Positions 50,101-61,412 of a stretch of DNA of 64,000 bases are shown piece after piece. This DNA comes from Guillardia theta CCMP2712. Lineage: Eukaryota; Protista; Cryptophyta. The position numbers and the translations under genes were made by a program. The notes below the pieces were generated by a model. That model did no database searches. It was not told the origin of the DNA and was given only the letters and a program-made list of their open reading frames with translations. The DNA lies in contig NW_005434587.1 in the NCBI RefSeq assembly GCF_000315625.1, positions 62,001 through 126,000 of the forward strand, read 5' to 3'. Positions within the stretch are counted from its first letter, which is position 1, and each line of letters begins with the position of its first letter.

Positions 50101-53100
50101 GAGTCAAGCCTGGAAGTGAAGATCGATCTCTACGAGAACGAAGAGCATGCTTGGAACATCTTTACGGAGCAGAATGCTGACGATGACAGTGAAGAAGAAG
50201 TTGAAGCGTGCGGGTCATTCATCTTCAATGTTTCTGTCTCCTCTCAACCTCGCCAGATTGCAAAGGAGGCGGAGATTGCAAGTGCTGAGGACAAGAACAA
50301 AACTGTCGATGATCAAGACAACCAACACGAGGATCCTGTAGATCAGGCAGATTATCCGCACCCGCCAGCAGAGCCTGTTGAGGACAAGGACCAAACTCCT
50401 GCTGCAAACCCTCAGAAGGATGCTTTGCAGGAGATGAGGCCGAAGACTGGTCTCCACAAGCTGATGATGAGGGTAGTCACCTCCAGAGCGAGTAAGTCCT
50501 TCATCTACATGCTCATCTTCTTCGATACTATTCTGTTTTCCCTCCATGCTCCTCCCGGCATGAGCTCAAGCATGTCCAAGGCCCTCTTCACTGTCCTCGA
50601 CTTCATGATCGACTTCTTGTTCTGGCTCGAGTTCGCGCTCAAGGTGGCAGCGTTCGGGCTGTTCGGCCGACGTCTTTCCTTCTCGCAGGACTTGGAGGAC
50701 GGGCAGGTGGTGGTGAAGGTGCACAAGACGCTGATGAGAAGCGGGTCCAACATCTTCGACCTCCTCGTCCTCGTCTCCTCCATCGGAAGGATCTTCAAGG
50801 TGTTTCAGCTCGACAAGGTGGTCGGCTCGGGCCCTATGTTCCTCTTCACGCTGCTGAGGAGCCTCCGACCTGTCCGCCTTGTCCTGGGGAGCAAGTCGAT
50901 GAGGGAGATCGTTTATACCATCGTGACAGGAGCAGCGGAGGTTGTGGAGGTCATCATCATCCTCCTGGTCTTCTTCCTCATCTTCTCGGTCGTCGGCATG
51001 GGGATCTTTGCCGACAAGTTCTTCCGCTGCTCGGATTCCGAGATCGCCCTCCTCCGTACCGTGGGGCCCTTTCTCAGTGATAGGGCCAACTGTGTGGGTT
51101 CCTTCTCCTACTCGTCCTCCTCCTCTCCCTACCTCCTCCCGCGCTCTTGGTGGAACCCACAGCACAGCTTCGATGGCATGACGGAGAGTCTGACGACGCT
51201 ATTCCGCGTCATCACACTCAAGTGGCTCAACCCGCTGACCGACGCCATGGCGGCAACGGAGGTTGACATGCAGCCTGAGCAGAACCACCAGAGTGCGAGG
51301 ATGCTGTTCTTCCTCGCCTTCATCCTGTGCGGCACCTACTTCGGTCTCAACCTCTTCGTCGCCATCATCACCAACTGCTACTTCAAGGCGACGCTGGGGG
51401 GAGCAGGCTCTGAGGAGGAGATCGAGTGGATCGCCGTCAAACGCATGATCCTCGGCGCGAAGCCTGCTCGCGTCTGGCCGCCTCCTCGCAACTTCCTCTC
51501 CAGGTTCTTCCGTCGGGTTCTCCAGCACAGATTCTGGAACCTGCTCATGCTCTTCCTCACCTGCGTCAACTTCGGCCTCATCTGCTTCCACAACCTCTCC
51601 TCCTCCTCCTCCTACCTGCAAGGGCTGGAGGCCTGGTCCGTTCTCTTTCTCGTCTCCATCCTCGTCGAAGATTTCCTCTCCCTCCTCGCCTTTGGGATCC
51701 CAACTTGCCTTAACGACGCGCTGTTCTGGCTAGACGCCGTCGTCCTCACTGCCATCCTCTTTTCTTCCGCCGCTTCTGGCAGCATGAAAATCTCCTTCGG
51801 GGTCCTCCGCCTCCTCCGCCTCCCCCGCCTCCTCAACTACATGCAGGTCAAGAGCTCGTACGCTACAGCTGGGGCAGTGCTGGAGACCTATTTTCTCTCT
51901 CGCGGGGAGTTCATGAAGATCATTATCCTCCTCTCGGTCCTCCTCTGGATCTTTGCGTCCGTCAGCTCGCAGGTGTTTGGGGACATCAAGTTCGGAGCAA
52001 GGATCAGCCAGACCGCAAACTTCGCCTCCTTCCCAGCAGCGTACATGACGCTCTTCCAGATCCTCTTCGGCGACGAGTGGAACCTGATGATGGACGACTG
52101 CCGGGTCGCGTTCCCCTCCTGCACCAGCTGGAAGCTCGGGTACCGCCTTCCTTCCGGGGACACCTTCGACGACTGCGGCTCCTCCATCTCCCCTGCCTTC
52201 TTCATCCTCTTCAAGATCGTCGTCGACTTCGTAGTGATGAAGCTCTTCGTCGGCCTCATCGTAGAGAACTTCTCCTTCTGCAGGAGCCAGGCGCAGGAGG
52301 AGGGCATCCTGTCTAACGACTACATCCGCACCTTCACTGTCGTCTGGCTCAGGTTTGACCCCTCCCGCCTCGGCTGTATCAAGTTGCGAGAGCTGTACTC
52401 CTTCATGCTCCAACTCCCTCCTCCTCTCGGCCTTGCCGGGAGTTCCAAAGGATACAACCTGCAGTACCTACCTGTCAGGACGGAGCTTTCCCTGCTGTCC
52501 TCCCACAGGGTCAAGATCTCTCAGCATGCAGCTGATAGCAGGACAGGCATGCGGCTGCTCGGGCTGCAGGATCGTCTGTTGACTGCCCGTGTGGCATTGA
52601 GCGCGGGGAGGGTAGGGCTGAAGAAGGATGAGAGGATCTTTGAGCTGGTGGACGACTTTGAAGATCCGGAGACGAAGGAGAGGAGGGCGAGCCGAGGAGA
52701 CTTTGTGGTGGTCAGGACAGAGGACTTCTACAAGAGGAGCGAGAAGGCAGGAGAGAAAATCGCTGTCCTCCGAAACGGCAAGAGGATCCGCTTGCCAAGA
52801 GAGCTTCTCCGCTGGACCAGGATGCCAGGGGAGGAGCTGTGGACCTCCACGGTGCAGGACGCGGGGAGGAGGAAGTTTTCAAGGAGGGAGAAGGAGGCGG
52901 CGGTGAAGATTCAGCAGTGGTACAGAAAGGTCATCGAGCACAGGAAGGAGACAGTGCTTCGGAACGTGCACCGAGCTCGAGCACGGGCAAGGCAGATGCG
53001 CCAGAACATGGAGGTAGTAGAAGCAGGAAGCAAGTTTGGCACAGCAGATGAAGAGGATGATGATGATGAGGAGGAGGAGGAGGAGGAGGAGGAGGAGGAG

Positions 53101-54246
53101 GAGGAGAAGAAGGGGAGAGGGAGGAGGAAGGCCAGAGGATCCGAGGAGAACACCAGGGAGGAAGCCGGAAGCACGTTTGTCGGGAGTGAACCTGGTTGGA
53201 AGTTTGCCCGGCGCCTGGAGATCTTGATGCTGAGAGCGATGATCTCTTTCCTCGTCCTCTTCCTGCGACCGGGGACTTCCTTCGAGCCCGAGGTCCCTCC
53301 TGACGCGATCTACTTCGAGGAGATCTGCATGTCGCTGGTCTACTGGCACAACAAGGACAAGTGTCCTCTCAGCCAGAGGAAGAGGCGAGAGAAAATCGAC
53401 GACCAAGTCAAGTCCTTGCAGGCCTTCCACATCATCTCCGCGTGGTACCTGGGGTGGAAGAGGAGGAGGATGCAGAAAGCAGCTGTTAGAGCCGACAGCT
53501 TGCTGGTTGACGACGCCCCTCCCTCGCCCGTGGAGGAGGAGGCGGCTCGCCCGCCGCTGACGGAGGAAGAGCTGCAGGCCGAGATCGATCGAAGAGTCTC
53601 GGAGGTGGTGGGGGAGCTGAAGACTGAGACGGAGAGTCTGAACAGGACGGCGAGGATCATGAAAACTGAGAACGACCTGCTGAACTGGACGATACAGGAT
53701 CAGGAGCGGAAAATCGAGGAGCTCAAGGCGCAGGTCGCTGCGAGGAACGAACAGCTCTGGAGGATGAAGGAAAAGGAGATGAATCGCTCCAGCGATATAC
53801 CCGAGCTGGCCCTCCCTGCTCAGCCCGAACTGCCTCCTCTCCCTGGCCTCGTGGTGAGCGAAGGGACAGGTCTGCAGCTCGGGAGCAGCGAAGGTCGAGG
53901 AGGGAATGAGCAGGGAGCCCGGTCGAAGTTGTACAACGCGGCCAAGGCCACCCAGAGCATGCAGAAGCTCGCGTCGTCCTCCCCTTGGAAGCGGGAGAAG
54001 AAAATCCTGCAGGAGATCGAGGAGCACAAGGAGGCCATCCAGGCGCTCTCCATCCAGGTCAAGCTCGCCAAGCACGAGCAGCAACAGACTGTGAGCTCCG
54101 CTTCCTATCACACCTCGAGCCCTCAGACGTGCCACTAACTTCACTGACCTTGACAGGCTCCAGAGGTCCGAGCTCGAGTCGAGCTGAAGCCGAGGTTGCC
54201 AGCATGCTTGTCAAGTGCCACGAGGCTCGCTGACTCGGAGGCTTGA
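47105..54246 (+). CDS. Four-domain (24-TM) voltage-gated-like cation channel alpha subunit, NALCN/Cch1-like
   Basis: Four S4 segments (FRTLKIFRIF, VIRLLRTL, LLRSLRPVRL, VLRLLRLPRL), four pore loops, S6 motifs (ALFIAVILDNF, LNLFVAIITNCY, KLFVGLIVENFSF), C-terminal WLRFDP...LPPPLG and an IQ motif. The stop is at 54138, or at 54246 if a last intron is used. Confidence 0.92.
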
Positions 54247-56215
54247 GCAGGACGGAACAAGTTCACAAGGTGCAAGGGCTGGACCTGGCGGCATCCCACA
54301 AGCAGCAAGAGGTGAGATGATGATCGGATCGGATCGGACTAAACGGCTGACTCGGACTGTGACGCCGCAGCATTCGGAGAAGAGGAAGCGAACTCAACGG
54401 GAGAGCCCGATGTGGAACTAGTAAGTTCGGCCGCCGGGCCGCCGGGGTCCGGACTCCGGACTCTGGAGGACTCCGGGAATGAAGGAGTCGGTCTTCCAGT
54501 CAGCTGAGGCGGGTCCGTTCGGTTGTACCCACCCCCGATTTTCCCCTGGGGAATGTGCGGCAGGCAAAGGGGGAGACACGGTAGAGAGGTAGGGTTGTAA
54601 CAGGAGAGGGCAGATGGAGTAGAGGGGGTTCGGGGTGGCTGTTCTGGCAGTGCAGGGAGGGGGAGTATCACAATAGGGAGATAGGGGTACTATCACAGGG
54701 TTTTAAAGGGGGTCCTCTGTTAAATTATCAGGAATCACCCCTCAAATTGCACGGTAGTCGACAGACATATGGAGGGTAGACCACACAGTAGGGGTAGCAA
54801 ACTTTGCCAGGCGCAACAGTGGGTCCAAAAAACTGGGTAGGGGTAGTGAAAGGTCGCATCTCGTTAGAAGCATCAGCAACGAAACTAAGTCTTTTCGAAT
54901 TATTTTGAATACCCACCCTCTGAAAATATGCTCAAAATTCAGGATATGAGGAGGGTTGGGGGTCAAGATCGGGTTGTACCATCGAGTCGGTTTAAAAAAA
55001 CATTCGAGGGTAGTAATGACCTTTATAAATATATAGTTGTTGATTTAGGTACAAAATAAACTTCTGGTACAATTGTTAGTACCGTACCTCTGGAACCTTC
55101 CAACCAAACGAGGCCTTGAAATGGTGGGTAGGGTAGTTGTTGTGAAATTAGGGTCTTCTTGCTACCGAACAGTTTGATATTTGAATACCAAAATTTGAAC
55201 AAGAACATAAAAATTGACCAACATTTGTACCATGTCTTTCAATTTTTTCCAAAAGGCTCTTGAATACCCTGGAAGGGAATGGAGGGGTTGTTGTCAGTCT
55301 GACATGGTGTAAGTATCGGGATGGAATCCGGCACGTGGGAGGTGGGGTAGTTCAAATGCTGGGGTAGGGGTACTGAGGTTCAAAATTGACACGACGGATT
55401 GTGTGGGGAATATCAGAGAAATACAAGGGTGGGGTAGTATGAGTGTGGGGTTGCAACGAGCACGGGGGTTGGGGTGGTAGAGGGCGTAGGAATGATGACA
55501 TGAGAGCGCTTCGTGGCGGGATTGTGCATCAGGGAATGTTTGAAAGACGAGAAGGAGGGAAGGATAGTGGAAGAAAGGCAGGGAATGCAGGATCTAGAAA
55601 CTAATGTGGGCAACGAATGAAGTGAACACGAGAAAGGGTTAAAGAGATGAGAAAGGAATGAGATTTGGCGGCAAAGAATTGATTTGGGTTGAAGGAGGGA
55701 GGCTGGATGCATGATTAGTTATGTGGATTCCAGAGCTACGACATAGTTTTTGAGGATTCGAACATCATTCATGCTGGAATAGTATCGTGCAAGAAAAGGA
55801 ATGAAAAAAACCAATACGGAGGAGGATTTCTGGGGTTGTGTCCAATGTAAAGATATGACTGATTCAATGAGAGGGCGAGAGAGGATTTGAATTGAAAGGG
55901 AGTCGGGATATAGACATTATGATGCAGCAAGAATATGTTGATGCAAGTGAATGTTGATGCTAGTGAATGATCGTAAAGGGACAGAAATAGATTAAAAGAT
56001 TCGATGTTATGAATTGATGTACTACTTAGAAATGGTCCTGCGTGATTTACAACTTAGAAATCGGTCCTGCGAAAAGAAAGGAGGATATATGGCAAAACAG
56101 TGCTGTCATTATAAAAAGGTTCAAGAAGCATGATAACAAGACGATCCAATGAAGAAGGTTGTAAATCTGATCACGTGTCTGGTTTTCAGGTTGACAACAA
56201 TTTCTTAGTCCAAAC

Positions 56216-57583
56216 ATGTCGTCCCTTCCTCCTTACCAATATACTCTAGCAGAGAAGACATTCTCAGAATTTGTAGGCTGCTTCATCGTCAGTGCTCTTT
56301 CACTTGGCTTAGTTGTGAACCATCATTTGCCCGGAACGAAAGGGCATGGCTATGAATATGGCTTCATTGCGCTTGGTTTCGGTTTATCTTTCATTTTCCC
56401 CATGGTGATGCTCAATCACATTAGTGCAAGGTTGAATCCTGCCTCCATGGTCGCCTTGTGGGTTGCAGGATTGACTCCTTTTTCGCATGCTGTCGTCATG
56501 TCGATAGCGCAAGTCATTGGTTGGTTTTGTGGCTCCGTTCTGGTGTTTGGCTTATATCTCCCGCATTTCTCCACCGTTCCCAAACCTCCAAAAGAGGAAG
56601 AGGATGATGACTTTGCGATGAGGAGAAGTGCAGGACCCAAGGCACGTCAAATTGCGTCTGCAACGTTGAGAGAAGAAACTGATTTCAAGAGAGCTTGCTC
56701 AAGCCCATTCAAGATGAACAGAAGCGAGAGCATTGAGCAACGCAAGCTGCGATCGCTGGAGACCTTGGCACATAAGCTTGAGGAGAAACTGATGAAGAAG
56801 AATCTGCCTGCAGATATGCTACAGCGGTACCGAAGAGAGAAGACCATTGAGATCGCGGTGACGCAGCAGGCAATCAGGCAGCTTAGCGGATCCTTCCGAG
56901 TTCCCACACTGGAAGAGATTGCAATCCGACTCCCGAGCAATGGAGAATGCAAGTCACAAGCAAGCAGCGAGAGAGAGCTCAAATTTGATCCCAATGGGAA
57001 GAGCTGCAACGACAATGTGGACAATCTTGATGAGAACGAGACGATGAACGAGCGTTTGGTTTTGGACACAAAGATTGATGAAGAGCCTATCAAGAGAAAG
57101 ATAACAGAGAAGATGGCAAAGCTCAATGAGGAATATGCCAAGGCTCTGCATGCAGATAAGAGAATCAAGCTTGCCTCGTTCGGAACGACTCCAGCCATCC
57201 CCAACTTCTTCTTCAATGCCATCCAGGAATTCACTGCCACAGCCTTCTTGACTTGGGGCAACTTGATGATGGCAGAGAAGGCTTACATGATGCCTCCTGA
57301 GGAGCGAACAGTCTACACCAATGTCGTCGTCCCTGCTCTTATCGGCCCGTGGATCTTCGTCCTCATTCTCGCTTTCGGAGGCAACATCAACCCCTCCATG
57401 AACCCAGCACGAGATCTTGGTCCCCGCATTGCGCACACCATCCTTCCTGTTCCCGGCAAGGGACCCAGCGACTGGTGGTACGCTCCGTGCATATATATGG
57501 GAGAGCTTGCTGGAGGCGCGATGGGTGGGTTCCTGTACTTGATGCTGAACAGCATGAACCATAGCCAATGGAATCGTACATGA
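56216..57583 (+). CDS. Major intrinsic protein, GlpF/GIP-type aquaglyceroporin with a long internal insertion, intronless
   Basis: SEFVGCF, ISARLNPAS, AQVIGWFCG, YLPHF, FGTTPAI, QEFTAT and SMNPARDLGPRIAHTILPVPGKGPSDWWY. Confidence 0.93.
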   Translation: MSSLPPYQYTLAEKTFSEFVGCFIVSALSLGLVVNHHLPGTKGHGYEYGFIALGFGLSFIFPMVMLNHISARLNPASMVALWVAGLTPFSHAVVMSIAQVIGWFCGSVLVFGLYLPHFSTVPKPPKEEEDDDFAMRRSAGPKARQIASATLREETDFKRACSSPFKMNRSESIEQRKLRSLETLAHKLEEKLMKKNLPADMLQRYRREKTIEIAVTQQAIRQLSGSFRVPTLEEIAIRLPSNGECKSQASSERELKFDPNGKSCNDNVDNLDENETMNERLVLDTKIDEEPIKRKITEKMAKLNEEYAKALHADKRIKLASFGTTPAIPNFFFNAIQEFTATAFLTWGNLMMAEKAYMMPPEERTVYTNVVVPALIGPWIFVLILAFGGNINPSMNPARDLGPRIAHTILPVPGKGPSDWWYAPCIYMGELAGGAMGGFLYLMLNSMNHSQWNRT

Positions 57584-57722
57584 GAAATTTCGTTGACTCA
57601 CATCTACGATTTCGGGAGACGGGAGGGGTTTGATTGGATTATCTTTCTATTGCATTTTTCCGTAAGATTGATTGAACCGATTAAGAGATTGTAATCATTT
57701 CTCATGATTGAATAATAGACGT

Positions 57723-59190
57723 CTACCTGCTAAGGTAGAGACTCTTGAGCTGCTCCACGATAATGAAGCAGAAAACCGTGTGCCCTCCGCAGCGAAGATA
57801 GTAGGGCCAGAAGCTTCATGCTCGTTAGACATGCTCATCTCACAGACCAGTCAACTCACCCATTCCAAAGTGAAAGAACTCCTTCAGTCTTAGCGATAGT
57901 GCCGATGGTCTACAGAAGTGAACAAGTTAGCAACACTTCTTGTCTCGAATCCTTCGCTCACTTGGACAGTCGAGCGGTAAGGTAGCAACTTGGTCACGGG
58001 GTCGGGTCTCTGAGCAAAAATTAGTAATTCTTGGGGAGGAAATTAAGTAGGAGGGCGAAACCTGCGAAGCCATCCTGTTCTTGGCGGTTTCGAACGGCAT
58101 CGTAACAGACGCATAAAACCTGTTCAAAAAGGTTCATTGCAGGGATAAGAACTGGCACCAACTCACAGTCCAGAAGTCATTGAGGCACAGAACACGTTAG
58201 AGAATTTGCCAGTAACTCCGAGCTGGTTGAAGGTTGATTTCAACTGATCGTACGTTCCAACCTATCCAGCAGGTGAGCTTCCTTATACATATCACCTCAT
58301 GCGCTCTACCTGGCAAGCTCCGACAAGCATAGCACGATTAACAAAAGGCATGCAACCACGCCAGTAGCTAAAATTCCTTCAGTGGCACAGAAAACGAGAT
58401 GGTCGAACATACGCAAAGATTCCTTCCTCGCGGGCGATGCGGACGGCAGCATCAACCACAGACTTGTAGTTGCGACGCTGATGACCGTGAGATTAGTCTG
58501 AATAGCTTGTTGTGACAAGGAAAGAACCAGTTCTGGAGGAAGTGCACTGTCGTTACTCATTCTCACGAGAGAGACCTAGAACCCGAGAGTAAGGGATAAA
58601 GGTGACAATAACTCTCTAAAAGAACCTCAGCTGGGCAAGAAACCACAGCAGCGCATGCGCCAGAGGCGACGCCAACTGCAAGTCTGCTCCAGACATCGAT
58701 TTCTCGATACTTGGCAAGAGCATCTCTCATTACGTCGAACAACCCCAACCTCGAAGTTGCATAGAAGACTTGTCTCATCACACCAGCAGACAAACCCTTG
58801 TACAGCGACATGGCTCCATCCTGCATCATCCAATCACTTCCGTATCCAGCTTCCACCGTGCTCAGACCTTTTTGACGATCTGTTGAAAGAAGGGAACGAA
58901 GCCCAACCCCTCCGAATTTCCTGTCGAAGCAACATCAAGAATCACAAGGTCCTGTCTCCTTTCCTTACCAGAAGCGGTAGCGAGATTCATTCGGACGGCA
59001 ACCTGTAGAAGCACATCAAAGGAAGTGGTCTCGTCATAAACAAAGCTACGGTGTTGAATGGGTGCACAATGACCCATGCGCCGATACCACCGATGCCTGG
59101 AATCATTTCATTACTTGAACACATTAGGAGGTCAAAGTTGTACCTCCGGTGGCAAAATTCACAGCTGCAGGTAGAGTCTTTTTGTTCGCT
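57723..59190 (-). CDS. Mitochondrial carrier, 2-oxoglutarate/malate or di/tricarboxylate type, multi-exon; start codon not resolved
   Basis: NFATGG/IGGIGAWVIVHPFNT/VAVRMNL, SLYKGLSAGVMRQVFYATSRLGLF, CPAEVSLVRMSND, MPFETAKNRM and GFWPYYLRCGGHTVFCFIIVEQLK. Confidence 0.9.
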
Positions 59191-61412
59191 GAAAGCAAAT
59201 CAAATCATCGCGAAGCACAAGCCATCTCAATGCCAAACTTACACATTCTAACGAATCCAGGTCGTTCACGGTTCGATAGTGCTCTGGAAAGAAAGCTTTC
59301 AGGAAAACAGATAACTTTTCAATTCAATTGTACGTCTTGTATCTACACCATTACATGCACTTTAACAAAACATCACCAAGCATTTCTATTCACTGTACTC
59401 TTCTTCGGTCCAACATCTCACATCTATCCCTAGAATCAGGATCTCGTTCTTCCTGCTGTGCTGACTGCACATCTCAAAAAGATTTCATCTTGATGTATGT
59501 TCACTGTCCAGCTTATTGGTTACCACATTACTCTACATCAAGTCGACCTTTCCAACAGCAAATGATCCTGTTGTGCATGAACCTCGTCTCATCGTCCCCC
59601 TTACAGCTTGCCTAGCCTGTTGCTTCCATCTCCTTCTCCTTCATGCTACATCCTTATGTCTTTCTCTCATCATGCCGAACAAAGGTGCTATCTTCTCCCT
59701 GCACTGCCTGCCTGCCTGCCTGCATGTCTGCCTGTCCCTATGCCTGTGGCATCGCGATCCTTCCGCCTGTACTACCCCACCACCTACGCACGATGGGAGG
59801 ATCACCCTACCCTTATAAATTGATCTTTTTCGACCACTTTAGTACCGGTACTAAGAGACCATTCCCCTACATGGTCCGAACCCCTACACAGCGAGCGACT
59901 GTTCCAAATCAACCTGGCGAAAAGGCTTCAACTAGTAACCTCATAATTTCAGGAAAAACTGAATATGCCTTTTATACTTTGAAATCTGCCATGTATTTTT
60001 CCCAACTCTGTACACCTCATCGGCCAACTTTCAATTCCCTGGCCCTACCTCCAAGAAGGAAGGGGCGTATACCACCCTACCCCTCATCAGAGCCAATATT
60101 GTATGATTCGCGGGTAGGGTAGCATGAACGACCAATCTAAACCATAGTCCCCCTCCTTCATCATCATCATCATCTCCTCCTCCTCCTTCTCCTCCTTCTC
60201 CTCCTCCTCTTCGTATCCAACCATGCTGTATCGCTCTTGCTTGTCATTGTCGTATTGCATCCTCTAGAAAATCACCCAAGATCTTTGCGCATTTGCATAG
60301 CAATTCAACATTCAATGCTTTTCTTATCTTATCTGGCTGTAAATCACTCTAAACAAGACCAAGGCAAAACATTACAACCATCCGCTCCTACATTCAAATC
60401 AAAACTACCTTCCTCTATCTTCTTTGTAATTTTTCAATAAACTTTCATCAGCAGGTATAGCAAAACCAATGTCATTCTTGGACGTGCCAGTGTAAAGAAA
60501 TTTCATATTTTTCACCAATAAGCACGAAGTCACATATCATCGGTGAAAGCAAAGAAGAAGGTGGATCGACACAAAGGTAAACTATACACAAATGAAGACC
60601 TCGAAGCTCTGCTAACCTTAGAATTGAGAATGTCAATGCTACCGTTTTTCTATGATAAATCCATACCTCGATCCTCCAAGATTCAAATTCTTCTAAAAAG
60701 TAAAGAAAGCCGAATGAAAAGTGAAAAGCGAAAAGTGAGCAATCTATTTCAATGGACTCTATTTCAATGGACTAAACTCTTGGATACTCGATCCCATTAC
60801 TCTTTGGTGCTAGTAATCCACAAAGAATGACGTTGCAAATAAAAGAAGATGAAAGTTGATTATTTTCGGAATAAACAGTGGAAAGACAGAATGATGAGGA
60901 GAAGATCATCTGTGTTTCAGCTCTTGCAGCGCTTGTGTTTGTGGGGTTGAGAATCGGGAAGGGAGAATCATGAGTGGTATAGAGGAGTAGGAGGACAAAA
61001 GCACAATCCACAACAGACACAACCGTCATAATGAGCAAACAAGTGTGTGCAGCAGGAGTTGGAGCAGCAGCAAAGACAACAGGAACACACTGAATCTCCT
61101 CCTCCCCCCTCCCCTGCTCCTCCTGCAATGAAAAATTGTTACCGTCCCCTTTCTGCGATTTACAGCGAGGGAAACTGGCCATCCATCATACTGGTTCTCC
61201 CACCTCTGGTCGATAATCATCCAGGTTACCATTTATGACCCTCACGGCAGGATCTGTTCCGAAAATGCGCTAGTGAAGGTTGGGAGGCAGAGGAGGCGAG
61301 GAGCGGGGCAGACGGAGAGCTGCTGGGAATGTGGTAGAAGTGAGCTGGGATGAGCTCTGAGACGATCTCCGCATGAGCAGGAGCTGCCGCTGAGACTGCA
61401 GGCCACCTGAGA

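Noticed and set aside
52879-54144. 421-aa minus-strand ORF
   Set aside because: Antisense to the GC-rich channel exon.
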